A stretch of 64,000 nucleotides of DNA from Candidatus Eiseniibacteriota bacterium (GCA_043819135.1 JBDRFG010000107.1:31002-95001); one strand, 5' to 3'; numbered from the stretch's first letter, positions 10,551 through 20,200 are shown. The notes: generated from the letters alone by a model not told the origin. Numbers and translations: made by a program.

Positions 10551-11123
10551 TTACCAGTTCTCCCCCAGAAGCTCGAAGTGAGAGCGGGGATGCGCGCAGG
10601 CCGGGCACTTGTCGGGCGCCTCGGGGCCCTCGTGCAGATAGCCGCAGTTCCGGCAGCGCCAGACGACCGTGCCGTCACGCTTGAAGACGCGTCCGGCCTC
10701 GATGTTTGCCCGGAGATCGTTGTAGCGCTTCTCGTGCTGCTCTTCCGCGACCGATATCGCCTCGAAGACGTCCGCGACCTCATCGAGCCCCTCCTCGCGC
10801 GCCGTCCTGGCGAAGCCCGGGTACATCTCGGTCCATTCGTAGTTCTCGCCTCCGGCCGCCGCCTTCAGGTTCTCCGAGGTCGTCCCGATGACACCAGCGG
10901 GGAACGCAGCCTGAACGTCCACGTCGCCACCCTCCAGGAACTTGAAGAAGCGCTTGGCGTGCTCCTTCTCCTGATTGGCCGTCTCCTCGAAGATGCTCTG
11001 GATCTGGACGTAGCCATCCTTCAGCGCCTTGCTGGCGAAGTACGTGTACCTGTTCCTCGCCTGAGATTCACCGGCGAACGCCGCCAGGAGGTTCTTCTCC
11101 GTCTGAGTTCCCTTGAGACCCAT
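10551..11123 (-). CDS. rbr: Rubrerythrin
   Basis: NLLAAFAGESQARNRY, EKEHA, WRCRNCGY...CPACAH; ATG overlaps the perR stop. Confidence 0.95.
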   Translation of the reverse strand: MGLKGTQTEKNLLAAFAGESQARNRYTYFASKALKDGYVQIQSIFEETANQEKEHAKRFFKFLEGGDVDVQAAFPAGVIGTTSENLKAAAGGENYEWTEMYPGFARTAREEGLDEVADVFEAISVAEEQHEKRYNDLRANIEAGRVFKRDGTVVWRCRNCGYLHEGPEAPDKCPACAHPRSHFELLGENW

Positions 11124-11554
11124 TACTCTTCCCCCTTTCCCTTCTCCTCGTGGTCCTTCCCGTTGCCAGCGCACTCGCCGCATACACCCATGAAACGTAG
11201 CGTGTATCCACGCACCTCATAGCCTCCGCGATCCACCAGCAGTTCCTCGAGCGGCTCGCTGCAGGAGAGTTCGACGTCGTCCACCCTGCCGCAGACCTCG
11301 CATGTGATGTGGTGGTGTTCGTCCAGCGTCCCGTCGTACCGGCGTGGCTCGCCGGCCGCGGTCAGTGTTCGGATGAGCCCCTGATTCGTCAGCAGGTCCA
11401 GATTGCGGTAGACCGTCCCCAGACTGACCTTCGGCAGCTCCTCGCGCACCGTCAGATAGACCTCATCAGCCGTGGGGTGCACCCCGGCCGTGCATAGAGC
11501 GGACAGGATCGCCTTCCGGCTCTCCGTCATCCGGACTGTCCCGTGGTCTCTCAT
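11123..11554 (-). CDS. perR: Fur-family peroxide regulator PerR
   Basis: HPTADEVY, SLGTVYRNL, HHHITCEVCG, CxxC; heads the rbr-tpx-dfx operon. Confidence 0.8.
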   Translation of the reverse strand: MRDHGTVRMTESRKAILSALCTAGVHPTADEVYLTVREELPKVSLGTVYRNLDLLTNQGLIRTLTAAGEPRRYDGTLDEHHHITCEVCGRVDDVELSCSEPLEELLVDRGGYEVRGYTLRFMGVCGECAGNGKDHEEKGKGEE

Positions 11555-11572
11555 GACCAGTCTCCGTTGTTA

Positions 11573-11619
11573 GGAATAAGAACTATTCCCAATGTGACCT
11601 ACGCTCAGTGTGCTGTCAA
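11573..11619 (-). promoter_or_regulatory. perR operon promoter with overlapping palindromic operator
   Basis: Minus strand TTGACA (11619-11614)-17 bp-CACATT, then GGAATA-N5-TATTCC palindrome at 11573-11589. Confidence 0.65.
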
Positions 11620-11697
11620 GTTCCTTCTTCCGTTCTCTCAGATGCAGGGTTGCCTGCTCCGTCGCGGGCGAAGCCAGTCGACGCACCGAGGCGGCAC

Positions 11698-11730
11698 TTG
11701 ACCGGGAACGGTACTACGTGGTAATACCAC
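11698..11730 (+). promoter_or_regulatory. Putative promoter/operator of RHH-znuABC operon
   Basis: TTGACC at 11698; palindrome GTGGTA-A-TACCAC 11718-11730 over the -10 region. Confidence 0.5.
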
Positions 11731-11768
11731 GCTTGGATGCGCTGCCCATCGTACTGGAGGGATCTGAC

Positions 11769-12035
11769 ATGCCCCGAGCAAAATCAGAGGTCATCTCGTT
11801 CAAGGCGGATGAAACCCTTCTCAGAGCGATGCGGGGCGTCAGCAATCGCTCGGAGTTCATTCGCTCGGCGATACTCGCGGCGCTCGACAGCACGTGCCCC
11901 CTCTGCGGCGGCGCGGGAACGCTCTCACCTAACCAGATGCAACACTGGAACGACCTCGCGTCCGATCACTCTGTCGAGGAGTGCGCGAACTGCCAGGAGG
12001 TGCGGCTGGTGTGCTCGAACAGGAGCGCGGAGTGA
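11769..12035 (+). CDS. CopG-like ribbon-helix-helix regulator with C-terminal Cys/His metal-binding domain
   Basis: VISFKAD...NRSEFIRSAI followed by CPLC...H...CANC; stop overlaps znuA start. Confidence 0.75.
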   Translation: MPRAKSEVISFKADETLLRAMRGVSNRSEFIRSAILAALDSTCPLCGGAGTLSPNQMQHWNDLASDHSVEECANCQEVRLVCSNRSAE

Positions 12036-12997
12036 ACGCGTCCGCACCGCTACGAGGCTCGGCGTGGAGGAGCGTCTGCGCGGCGACCCTCGCCGGCGTC
12101 CTGCTCCTCGTGCCGGCCGCAGGTGGAGCGCGGAGCCATGAGGTGGAACCCACCCGCCTCGCGCCAGGTCATGCCGCGCCGATCGTGGCCTTCTGCAGCA
12201 TCGCGCCGCAACGTTATCTTGTTGAGGGCGTGGGTGGTGACCTCGTCTCGGTGAAGGTACTGGTCGGACCGGGCCAATCGCCGCACACGTTCGAACCCAC
12301 TCCTCAGCAGATGGCCGACCTTGCCGGCGCAAGCGTCTACTTCGCGATCGGCCTGCCGTTCGAGGACAGAATCCTGGATGGAGTGCGGATACTCAACGCC
12401 GACCTCGTGGTGGTGGACACGGCGCACCGCGTGCCGCGACGGCAGGTGAAGGAGGCGCACCGTCACACCGAGACCGCCGAGGAGCACGACGACAGCGCCG
12501 GAGGCCTCCCCGACCCTCACGTCTGGCTGAATCCGCGCTTCGCGGGGCTTATGGCCCAGGCCGTCTGTGATGCACTTGAGAGACTTGTTCCGGACAACGC
12601 CGAGGTATTCCACGAGAACCTCTCGTCGCTCCTGCGCGACCTCGACGAGCTGGACGCGGAACTGGCCGAGGCATTGTCCCCTTTGTCGGGTGAGAGCATC
12701 TACGTTTTTCATCCCGCGTTCGGCTACTTCACGGACGCGTACGGCCTGAGACAGATCCCCGTTGAGATCGGCGGCATGGAGCCTGGCGCGCGCGAGTTGG
12801 TTGGACTGATCGAGCAGGCGACCGCGGAGGGGGTGCGCGTCATCTTCGTCCAACCGCAGTTCTCGTCACGAAGCGCAAAAGCGATCGCTGCTGAGATCGG
12901 AGGAGTGGTGGTTCCCATGGATCCTCTGTCGGGCGACTACCTGGAGAACCTCAGGAGCATCGCGCGCGAGGTGCAGAAAGCATTGAGCGACGAGTGA
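12032..12997 (+). CDS. znuA: Zinc ABC transporter substrate-binding protein
   Basis: SPHTFEPTP, His-rich loop, DPHVWL, FHPAFGYF. Confidence 0.9.
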   Translation: MNASAPLRGSAWRSVCAATLAGVLLLVPAAGGARSHEVEPTRLAPGHAAPIVAFCSIAPQRYLVEGVGGDLVSVKVLVGPGQSPHTFEPTPQQMADLAGASVYFAIGLPFEDRILDGVRILNADLVVVDTAHRVPRRQVKEAHRHTETAEEHDDSAGGLPDPHVWLNPRFAGLMAQAVCDALERLVPDNAEVFHENLSSLLRDLDELDAELAEALSPLSGESIYVFHPAFGYFTDAYGLRQIPVEIGGMEPGARELVGLIEQATAEGVRVIFVQPQFSSRSAKAIAAEIGGVVVPMDPLSGDYLENLRSIAREVQKALSDE

Positions 12998-13791
12998 CAG
13001 CACGGTCACACGAAGGAACGGAGAAGCAGGGAGCGACCGGGATGAACGCAGGACCCGCGATAGAGATCCGCAATGTGTCGTTCTCCTACGACGGCACGTT
13101 CGTGTTACGGAACGCGAACTTGACCGTCAACCACGGTGAGTTCGTAACGGTCGTGGGACCGAACGGCGGCGGGAAGTCAACACTCCTCAGACTGGTGCTC
13201 GGTCTTCTTCAGCCCGACAGCGGGAGCATCAGGGTCTTCGGGCGTCGGCCGGAGGAATCGAGGCCGCGCATGGGATACGTCCCGCAGCGCTCGGACACTG
13301 ACCCCAGCTTCCCGGCGACTGTGCTGGATGTGGTGCTCATGGGGCGCCTGGGACGCACCCGGTTGTTCGGGATGTACACCAGAGAGGATGCTGACTCGGC
13401 GGTCGCCGCGCTCGCGGATGTTGAGCTGTCCGCGCTCTCGCACCGGCCGTTCTCGAGGTTGTCGGGGGGACAGAGGCAGCGCACGCTTATCGCCCGCGCG
13501 CTGGTCTCGGAGCCGGACGTCCTGCTTCTTGATGAGCCGACAGCAAACCTCGACGTGGCGATGGAGAAGGAGCTCTACGAGATCCTCTTTCGCCTCAGAG
13601 AGCGCCTGACGGTGCTCCTGGTCTCTCACGACCTGGCGTTCGTGTCGGGCTTCACGGACACGGTCGCGTGCGTCAACAGAACGCTGGCGGTCCATTCGAC
13701 CAGCGAGGTGACGCCCGAGCTCATCAACGAGCTGTACGGACGGGACGTCCGCTTCGTCCGTCACGACCACCTGACGGGGGAAACCCGATGA
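12994..13791 (+). CDS. znuC: Zinc ABC transporter ATPase
   Basis: GPNGGGKST, LSGGQRQR, LLDEPT, VSHDL. Confidence 0.9.
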   Translation: MTARSHEGTEKQGATGMNAGPAIEIRNVSFSYDGTFVLRNANLTVNHGEFVTVVGPNGGGKSTLLRLVLGLLQPDSGSIRVFGRRPEESRPRMGYVPQRSDTDPSFPATVLDVVLMGRLGRTRLFGMYTREDADSAVAALADVELSALSHRPFSRLSGGQRQRTLIARALVSEPDVLLLDEPTANLDVAMEKELYEILFRLRERLTVLLVSHDLAFVSGFTDTVACVNRTLAVHSTSEVTPELINELYGRDVRFVRHDHLTGETR

Positions 13792-14642
13792 GCGAGTTCA
13801 TGGAAGCCGTCGCCAGCCACGCGTTCATGCGAAACGCCCTTCTGACGGGCGTCCTCGCAAGCGTCGCCTGCGGGGTGATGGGTTCGTTCGTCGTGGTCAA
13901 AAGGATCAGCTACATCGCCGGCGGGATCGCCCACTGTGTGCTCGGAGGCATCGGTGCCGCGCTCTACCTTGAGCGCGCGCACGGCTGGGAGGCGCTCGAC
14001 CCCATACACGGAGCTCTCGTGGCGGCTCTCGCCGCGGCCGTAGTCATCGGACTGGTCAGCCTGAAAGCGAAACAGAGAGTGGACACCGTCATCGGCGCCG
14101 TGTGGGCCATCGGCATGGCCACCGGCGTTCTCTTCCTCTCAAGAACACCCGGTTACGGAGAGGACCTGATGAGCTACCTCTTCGGGAACATCCTGATGGT
14201 GACCGGAGGCGACCTGTGGCTGATGGCGGCGCTGGACGCCGTTGTCATCGTTGCTGTGCTGCTGCTCTTCAAGCAGCTCCAGAGCGTCTGTTTCGATGAG
14301 GAGTTTTCGAAGGTCAGAGGCATCAATGTCGACCTGCACTTCGTGTTCCTGCTCGTGCTGACCGCACTCACGATCGTGCTGCTCGTCATGGTGGTGGGCA
14401 TAGTGATGGTGATAGCGCTCCTGACCATCCCCGCGGCCGTGGCCGGCCACTTCACGAACAGGCTCTCTCACATGATGGGCGCGGCCGTGGTCGTCAGCAT
14501 CCTGTTCACGACAGGCGGCCTTGCCCTGAGCTACGAACCCGACCTGCCGGCCGGAGCGACCATCATCGTGCTGGCGGGCGCGACCTACCTGGCCGTCGCT
14601 GCGGCGTCCGCGTTTCAACGAAAACGAAAGGCCGGGCCATAG
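13788..14642 (+). CDS. znuB: Zinc ABC transporter permease
   Basis: IAHCVLGG, SYLFGNIL, multiple TM segments. Confidence 0.9.
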   Translation: MSEFMEAVASHAFMRNALLTGVLASVACGVMGSFVVVKRISYIAGGIAHCVLGGIGAALYLERAHGWEALDPIHGALVAALAAAVVIGLVSLKAKQRVDTVIGAVWAIGMATGVLFLSRTPGYGEDLMSYLFGNILMVTGGDLWLMAALDAVVIVAVLLLFKQLQSVCFDEEFSKVRGINVDLHFVFLLVLTALTIVLLVMVVGIVMVIALLTIPAAVAGHFTNRLSHMMGAAVVVSILFTTGGLALSYEPDLPAGATIIVLAGATYLAVAAASAFQRKRKAGP

Positions 14643-14660
14643 AACTCACGCAGACGGAAG

Positions 14661-14692
14661 CGCCCCCGGCGAACCCGCCGGGGGCGTTCGTT
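14661..14692. terminator. Hairpin between convergent genes
   Basis: cgcccccggcg-aacc-cgccgggggcg. Confidence 0.7.
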
Positions 14693-14722
14693 ATTGGTAC
14701 TCCCTGCCGATTTGCTCCCAGA

Positions 14723-15760
14723 CTACCGATAGAGAACCTTGATGGTGGTCCAGGTCGCGTCCTCGACAGGCGACGGTCCCACGTAGCCGTCTATCTCGAC
14801 AATGTACTCGAGTCCGCACGGCTGGCACGCGAACACCGACGGTCCCACCCACAGCCAGTAGAGGCCGGGTCCGACCGTCTCGGTGAGCGTCGCCGGCTCA
14901 CACGGGGAAGCAGTCGCGCTACTGATCACAAGACCCGGGTCGTCGCACTCCAACGGAAGATCCGCATCCAGGAAGAAGATGAGCACCGGGAACTCAGCGG
15001 TCGCGGAGAACGTGATCGTGTTCGAAACCGAGACGTAGATCTGATACCAGTCGGTGTCCCGGCTGAAGTCGTCGAACGTGCCGCTCGTTCCGAATATCGT
15101 GATGGTATTGCTGCTCGGCATCACGGGCTGGAACACGGGCGGGTCGGCGTTGCATCCGCCGTTGAACGCGTCGATGTAGCCGGCGCCACACACGGCCTCG
15201 CCTTCGATGATCGCGCCCGGCGGCGGGGTGAGGTCGCACGCGTTCATCACGTCGATCTCGAGCACGTAGTCTCCGCAGTCTTCGTTGTAGCCGTCCACCA
15301 CGAAGTAGTATGTGTTGCCGGCGTAGAGAAAGACGTTCTCCATGAACGACTGGTAGCCCGGGACGCCGCAGTCCGCGTCGTCGTTACAGCAGACGACGTT
15401 CCCCTCGACATTCTCGAAGATGTAGACCTTGGTATCGTAGCTTGACGCGCAGAGGTCGACGTTCACAACGAGGTCTGTGGCTGCGGTGTAGGCATAGACC
15501 ACGTCCGGCGCCGTCGACTCGGGGTACGGACACGTGACGTCGTAGTCGTTGAGATACGCACACGTGTTGCCGGTGACGCTGAGAGGAAGGTCCGCGATCA
15601 CGATCGGACTCGCGATGTTGTCCCCGACTTCGCGTCCTTCGAACGTCGGCTCGCCACCCACGGCGGCGTCCTTCTCGGCGACGACCAGATGATCCGTGGT
15701 CGCGCCGCAGACGACGGCTGCTGCCGCAATCAGAAGAACCACAAGGCTAGCAACTCTCAT
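14723..15760 (-). CDS. Secreted Cys-rich protein with PPC-like repeats and C-terminal PVEDATWTTIKVLYR motif
   Basis: Signal peptide; APDVVY, YDTKVY, GNTYYFVVDGY, DTDWY motifs. Confidence 0.7.
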   Translation of the reverse strand: MRVASLVVLLIAAAAVVCGATTDHLVVAEKDAAVGGEPTFEGREVGDNIASPIVIADLPLSVTGNTCAYLNDYDVTCPYPESTAPDVVYAYTAATDLVVNVDLCASSYDTKVYIFENVEGNVVCCNDDADCGVPGYQSFMENVFLYAGNTYYFVVDGYNEDCGDYVLEIDVMNACDLTPPPGAIIEGEAVCGAGYIDAFNGGCNADPPVFQPVMPSSNTITIFGTSGTFDDFSRDTDWYQIYVSVSNTITFSATAEFPVLIFFLDADLPLECDDPGLVISSATASPCEPATLTETVGPGLYWLWVGPSVFACQPCGLEYIVEIDGYVGPSPVEDATWTTIKVLYR

Positions 15761-16085
15761 CTCAACACCTCCCAGAGAGTGACACTCCCTCAGTAACGCA
15801 AACGGATAGACTGAACGCGACGCACGGCCGCGCGCTCAACGAGCCGCGGGCAGTGCGACAGGGCATCCTCGACCCCTCTCCCGGCGGGTCGCTCTGCAAC
15901 TGGAACAGGGTCAGTCTATCACACATTTCCTCACAGTGTCAAGAATAGAGTCGCCCGCCCTCCCCGCGCCTGGAGGGCGAACGACGGGGCCGCGCCGCCG
16001 GTGCATGTCCGGCCCGGCCTGTGCTAGCATTGGGGCTCCGGAGCCGCAGCCGTGCGGCCGCCCCCTGAATCCCTGTGAGGCACTG

Positions 16086-16703
16086 ATGACCGCCCCGTCG
16101 AGGTACCCCATACCGGCGGCGACATGCAGGTCGGAAGAGACCATCCTCCGGAGTCGCTTCATAACGACGGTGGCCCACGCGGACACCGTCGAGGGAGCAA
16201 AGGCGTTCATCTCGGAGATCTCCGAGGAGTTTCGCGACGCGAACCACAACTGCTGCGCCTACGTGATCGGGCCTCCCGGCGACACCAGCCGCGTGGGTAT
16301 GAGCGACGCAGGCGAGCCCCACGGTACGGCCGGCCGCCCGATGCTGAACGTCCTTCTCGGCAGTGGGGTCGGTGACGTTGTCGCGGTGGTGACGCGTTAC
16401 TTCGGGGGCACGAAGCTCGGCAAGGGCGGGCTCGTACGAGCCTACAGCGGCGGCGTCAAGGCCGCGCTCGAGGGACTCGCTCTCACGGAACTCGTCGAGA
16501 CGACGACGCTTCGGGTGACCATGGCCTACTCGGACCTGTCCTCTCTCAAACACTCGCTGCCGCAGTTCGAAGCCCAAGTGACCAACGAGGACTACGGGAC
16601 GGACGTCAAGCTGGTCGTCGTTCTACCCGAGGAACACGAGGAGAGTTTCAAGGAGGCGCTGGCCTGGATGACCAACGGGAAGGCCGCCGTCGAGCGCGAG
16701 TAG
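16086..16703 (+). CDS. yigZ: YigZ/IMPACT family protein
   Basis: SRFI, ANHNCCAY, SDAGEPHGTAGRPML, VTRYFGGTKLGKGGLVRAY. Confidence 0.92.
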   Translation: MTAPSRYPIPAATCRSEETILRSRFITTVAHADTVEGAKAFISEISEEFRDANHNCCAYVIGPPGDTSRVGMSDAGEPHGTAGRPMLNVLLGSGVGDVVAVVTRYFGGTKLGKGGLVRAYSGGVKAALEGLALTELVETTTLRVTMAYSDLSSLKHSLPQFEAQVTNEDYGTDVKLVVVLPEEHEESFKEALAWMTNGKAAVERE

Positions 16704-16825
16704 TGCGCCGAGCGCTTGCCACGAAGGTCCCGATGACGTAAGCTCATCTATGGGATGCGCCGAGCCGCTCGTGAGCCCGGCGCTCGAGTGTCGCTGCCCT
16801 GTCCCATGTCGCGGGAGCCGATGGA

Positions 16826-17305
16826 ATGACCGAGAAGCAGAAGCCCGTCGAGATCAACTTCGAATTCCGTGAGAGGCTCAGCGAGGTCCTCGGCGGCAAC
16901 CACCACAACTACTGCTACCAGTGCGGGGCCTGCGTCGCGCAATGCCCGGCAGCGAAGTACAGCGGGCGCTTCAATCCAAGGTCGATCATGCTCGACGCGC
17001 TTCTGGGCCGCGAAGACATGCTCCTCGGGACGGATTCTCCCATCTGGTTGTGCACGAACTGCTACAGCTGCTACGAGCGATGCCCTCAGGACGTGAGACC
17101 CATCGAGGTCATCATCGCGCTCAAGAACATGGCGAACGAACGCGGCGCCGCGCCGGTGCAAATATCGTCTTTCACCGAGAACATCACGAAGACGGGCTTG
17201 TCCGGAATGGTCACGCCCGCCGTTCAGAGAATCCGCGAGAGCCTCGGCCTGCCGAAGATCACCGAGGTGCCTGTCGACGAGATGCTGAAGATCCTGGAAG
17301 ACTGA
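16826..17305 (+). CDS. hdrC: Heterodisulfide reductase subunit C-like 4Fe-4S dicluster protein
   Basis: CYQCGACVAQCP and WLCTNCYSCYERCP. Confidence 0.85.
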   Translation: MTEKQKPVEINFEFRERLSEVLGGNHHNYCYQCGACVAQCPAAKYSGRFNPRSIMLDALLGREDMLLGTDSPIWLCTNCYSCYERCPQDVRPIEVIIALKNMANERGAAPVQISSFTENITKTGLSGMVTPAVQRIRESLGLPKITEVPVDEMLKILED

Positions 17306-17316
17306 GGAAGAACCCG

Positions 17317-18192
17317 ATGCGAGTCACGCCTTTCTACGGCTGCATGATCCCCATCAAGTACCCTCAGATGGAGGCGGCGTTCAAGCGCACGATGCCCGGT
17401 CTCGGTGTCGACCTGGTCGACCTCGAGGGATTCACGTGCTGCCCCGACCCCATCTTCTACAAGGCGAAGGACGTGCTCGGGTGGCTGACCATCGCCGCCA
17501 GGAACCTCTGCATCGCCGAGGAGGCGGGCACCGTCATCGTCACGCTCTGCAGCGGCTGCACGGCGACGCTCAAGGAGGCGGTGTTCCTGCTCGCGGAAGA
17601 CGAAGAACTCAAAGAGAAGGTCAATCGCAGACTGGCGAAGATCGGCAAGGAATACAAGGGAACCACGAAGGTCGAACACGCCGTGGTGCTCATCAGGGAC
17701 GAGCTCGGGATCGAGAGGGTCAAGGAATCCGTCGTCCGGCCGCTGGACGGCATCAAGGTGGCCATCCATTACGGCTGCCACCTCCTCAAGCCCAGTCAGA
17801 TAATGCACGTCGATGACGCCGACTATCCATCGATCCTCGAGAACCTCATCCGCGCGACCGGTGCCACTCCCCTGTCGCACAATGAAGAGCTCCTGTGCTG
17901 CGGGAAGGGCTGCATCGACGATGACATGCCGGTCGACATGGTCTACGACATCTTCACGTCGATCAGGGACTCGGGCGCGGACTGCATGGGGCTCATCTGC
18001 CCGACGTGCTTCTCGTCGTTCGACCTCGGGCAGATCGTCGTCGGCAGGAAGAAGGACACCAAGTTCGACATCCCCGTTATCTACTACTTCCAGCTCCTGG
18101 GTCTCGCGCAGGGGCTCTCGCCTGAAGAGATCGGCCTCAACCTGCACAAGGTCAAGGCCGACCGCGTGCTTGAACTCGTGGGCGCGGCGTAG
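17317..18192 (+). CDS. hdrB: Heterodisulfide reductase subunit B (CCG domains)
   Basis: FYGC, TCCP, CSGC, HYGCH, CCG, CPTC motifs. Confidence 0.88.
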   Translation: MRVTPFYGCMIPIKYPQMEAAFKRTMPGLGVDLVDLEGFTCCPDPIFYKAKDVLGWLTIAARNLCIAEEAGTVIVTLCSGCTATLKEAVFLLAEDEELKEKVNRRLAKIGKEYKGTTKVEHAVVLIRDELGIERVKESVVRPLDGIKVAIHYGCHLLKPSQIMHVDDADYPSILENLIRATGATPLSHNEELLCCGKGCIDDDMPVDMVYDIFTSIRDSGADCMGLICPTCFSSFDLGQIVVGRKKDTKFDIPVIYYFQLLGLAQGLSPEEIGLNLHKVKADRVLELVGAA

Positions 18193-18231
18193 GCGCCCCC
18201 TGGCCGCGCTGTGGCCTGTACCACTCTGTTC

Positions 18232-18260
18232 TTGCCGCGCGGTCACTTCTGTGCTATAAT
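18232..18260 (+). promoter_or_regulatory. Sigma70-type promoter
   Basis: TTGCCG-17 bp-TATAAT with extended -10 TG. Confidence 0.7.
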
Positions 18261-18380
18261 AGAACCACGTGAGAAGACATGCATCGAACAGGTCGTGTCC
18301 CGACCGTCGGGCATGTTTGCCACTTCGGGTAGCGGGGAACTGAACAGCCGCGCCCGTTTGTTTCTTTGGAGATCGCATCT

Positions 18381-19205
18381 ATGCGCGCCGTCGCACTTGT
18401 CACTACAGCACTGACGCTGGCAATCCTGACCATCGCCGCGCCTGCCATGGCGGTCGTCACGTTCTTCGATGTCATCTCTGACTCGGTGGCGGTCGCGGGG
18501 CCTCCTTACCCGACCTCATGCCACCGAACCGACGTTGCCCACGAGGCGTCGGGCGTGTTCGAGCGCGACGGACAGCTGGCACTCGGCGTCAGAAGCGCGA
18601 CGGACGGCGCGGGCAGCCCTCTAAGCATCGAGCTACGGGCGGGCGAAGCCCATGTACCGGGGTGTAACTTCGAGGAAGACACGCACTTCGATGTCATCTA
18701 CTGCTCCGATCCCGATGGCGCCGCCCTTCCCTCCGAGAGCGTCGTCGCTGTCTTCATCGAGTTGACATCGTTCGGCGGGCGGCGTGGCAAGCTGGTTACG
18801 CTGCACCCGGAGCTTCCGATAACCGACCCCGGACGTTTTTTCGACACGCACTCGGGCGCTTCCTCATTGGAGATCGTCTGCCGTGTGGAGTTCGACCGGG
18901 GCGTCCAGCATGAACTCACACTTCGCGGCGAACTGCCTGAGGGACTGAGTCTGACGAGCACTGCCATTGTCATCCGGGAGCAGAGTCTGGAAAGTGGCGG
19001 GCGGGCAGATCCAACCGTCGTGGACAGCTACTTCACCGCGAACCCGGACGGCTTCTTCGACATCCGGCTCCGCCTCGAAGGCGCAGCCTGCCTCGACGAC
19101 CTTTCGACGGTCCTGTCGCTGACGTTCAGCGGCCGCTTCCTGGGAGGGACATCCCCGGTCGAAGCAACGACCTGGGGCGCAATCAAGGCTCTCTACGACA
19201 ACTAG
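18381..19205 (+). CDS. Secreted hypothetical protein with C-terminal PVEATTWGAIKALY motif
   Basis: Signal peptide, RBS, conserved C-terminal motif, downstream terminator. Confidence 0.7.
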   Translation: MRAVALVTTALTLAILTIAAPAMAVVTFFDVISDSVAVAGPPYPTSCHRTDVAHEASGVFERDGQLALGVRSATDGAGSPLSIELRAGEAHVPGCNFEEDTHFDVIYCSDPDGAALPSESVVAVFIELTSFGGRRGKLVTLHPELPITDPGRFFDTHSGASSLEIVCRVEFDRGVQHELTLRGELPEGLSLTSTAIVIREQSLESGGRADPTVVDSYFTANPDGFFDIRLRLEGAACLDDLSTVLSLTFSGRFLGGTSPVEATTWGAIKALYDN

Positions 19206-19247
19206 AAGCGAGCGCTTCACAACGCGATCGTCCTCAAAGCGCACACA

Positions 19248-19284
19248 GCGGCCCCTGCCCAACGGCGGGGGCCGCGTTCTCTTT
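19248..19284 (+). terminator. Intrinsic terminator
   Basis: gcggcccctgcc-caac-ggcgggggccgc followed by ttctcttt. Confidence 0.7.
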
Positions 19285-19406
19285 CAGCTGGATGTCGCGT
19301 TGAAGGAGCGGCGTCAGCAGGCGCCACTGGATTTCTTCCCGCAATCATAGGATGATGTATCCACTGACTGCCGACGCACGGGGAAGTCCAGGGAGAGCAA
19401 CGTGTG

Positions 19407-20120
19407 ATGAGTCAGATCTTAAGCATTCCGCTCGCGTCCGTCGCGCCCACGGAGGACGCCGTCCTTCGGGCGATGGGCGTCCCCGTGGACCATGACCAGG
19501 GGCCGCGAGTCGCCCAGTTGGTCGCACAGGCTCTCGACGCGCTTCGCGCCGAGGCCGAACCACGAGGGATCGTCGCGGAAGTCGACACGGGCGAGTTCGC
19601 CGTCATCTATGAGGGCGCCGGCGACAACGACGACCCTTCCCCACTCCGCGAGATATTCCCTCGCGCTGAGAGCTTGACGCTCTTCGCCATCACCCTGGGC
19701 TCCTCGCTCAGCGACCGTGTCCCGGCGCTCTTCGACGGCGGGGAGCTCGCGCTCGCGGCCACGCTGGACGCAGCGGCCTCCGAGGGAACGGAGCTGGCGG
19801 GAGTCCACCTGGACGGCGTCGTGCTGGCGGGCGCGCGGGCGTCAGGGCGAGCGAGCGACGCCGCGAGGATCCTCCGATACAGCCCTGGCTACTGCGGCTG
19901 GAACCTCACGGGACAGCGCGCGCTCTTCTCCGCGCTCGGACCGGAGGCGATCGGCATCCGGCTGACGGAGAGCTGCCTGATGAAACCCGTCAAGTCTATC
20001 TCCGGCGTCATGGTCGCGGGGCCTCCCGAGATCCACGATTTCGAAGACAACTACGACTTCTGCTCATCCTGCCGGACGCACGACTGCCGGCGGCGGATCG
20101 AAGAGCTAACATCGAGGTAA
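19407..20120 (+). CDS. Stand-alone B12-dependent methionine synthase activation-domain protein
   Basis: FAITLG, RYSPGYCGW, GIRLTESCLMKPVKSISG, C-terminal CxxCxxxxC. Confidence 0.8.
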   Translation: MSQILSIPLASVAPTEDAVLRAMGVPVDHDQGPRVAQLVAQALDALRAEAEPRGIVAEVDTGEFAVIYEGAGDNDDPSPLREIFPRAESLTLFAITLGSSLSDRVPALFDGGELALAATLDAAASEGTELAGVHLDGVVLAGARASGRASDAARILRYSPGYCGWNLTGQRALFSALGPEAIGIRLTESCLMKPVKSISGVMVAGPPEIHDFEDNYDFCSSCRTHDCRRRIEELTSR

Positions 20121-20200
20121 CCCCAAGGAAACACGCGTGAAGCGAATGGTTCAACCGCTCCGTGGGCCGCGCTGACCAAGAGACCCCACCCTGAACGTGG

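Noticed and set aside
17303..17316. Selenocysteine read-through of the hdrC TGA
   Set aside because: hdrB is in a different frame with its own RBS and ATG; no Cys-equivalent position at the stop
18270..18370. c-di-GMP-I riboswitch (GGTAGCGGGG segment)
   Set aside because: The 5' GGCAAAC/GAAA/CGCAAAGC elements are missing on that strand
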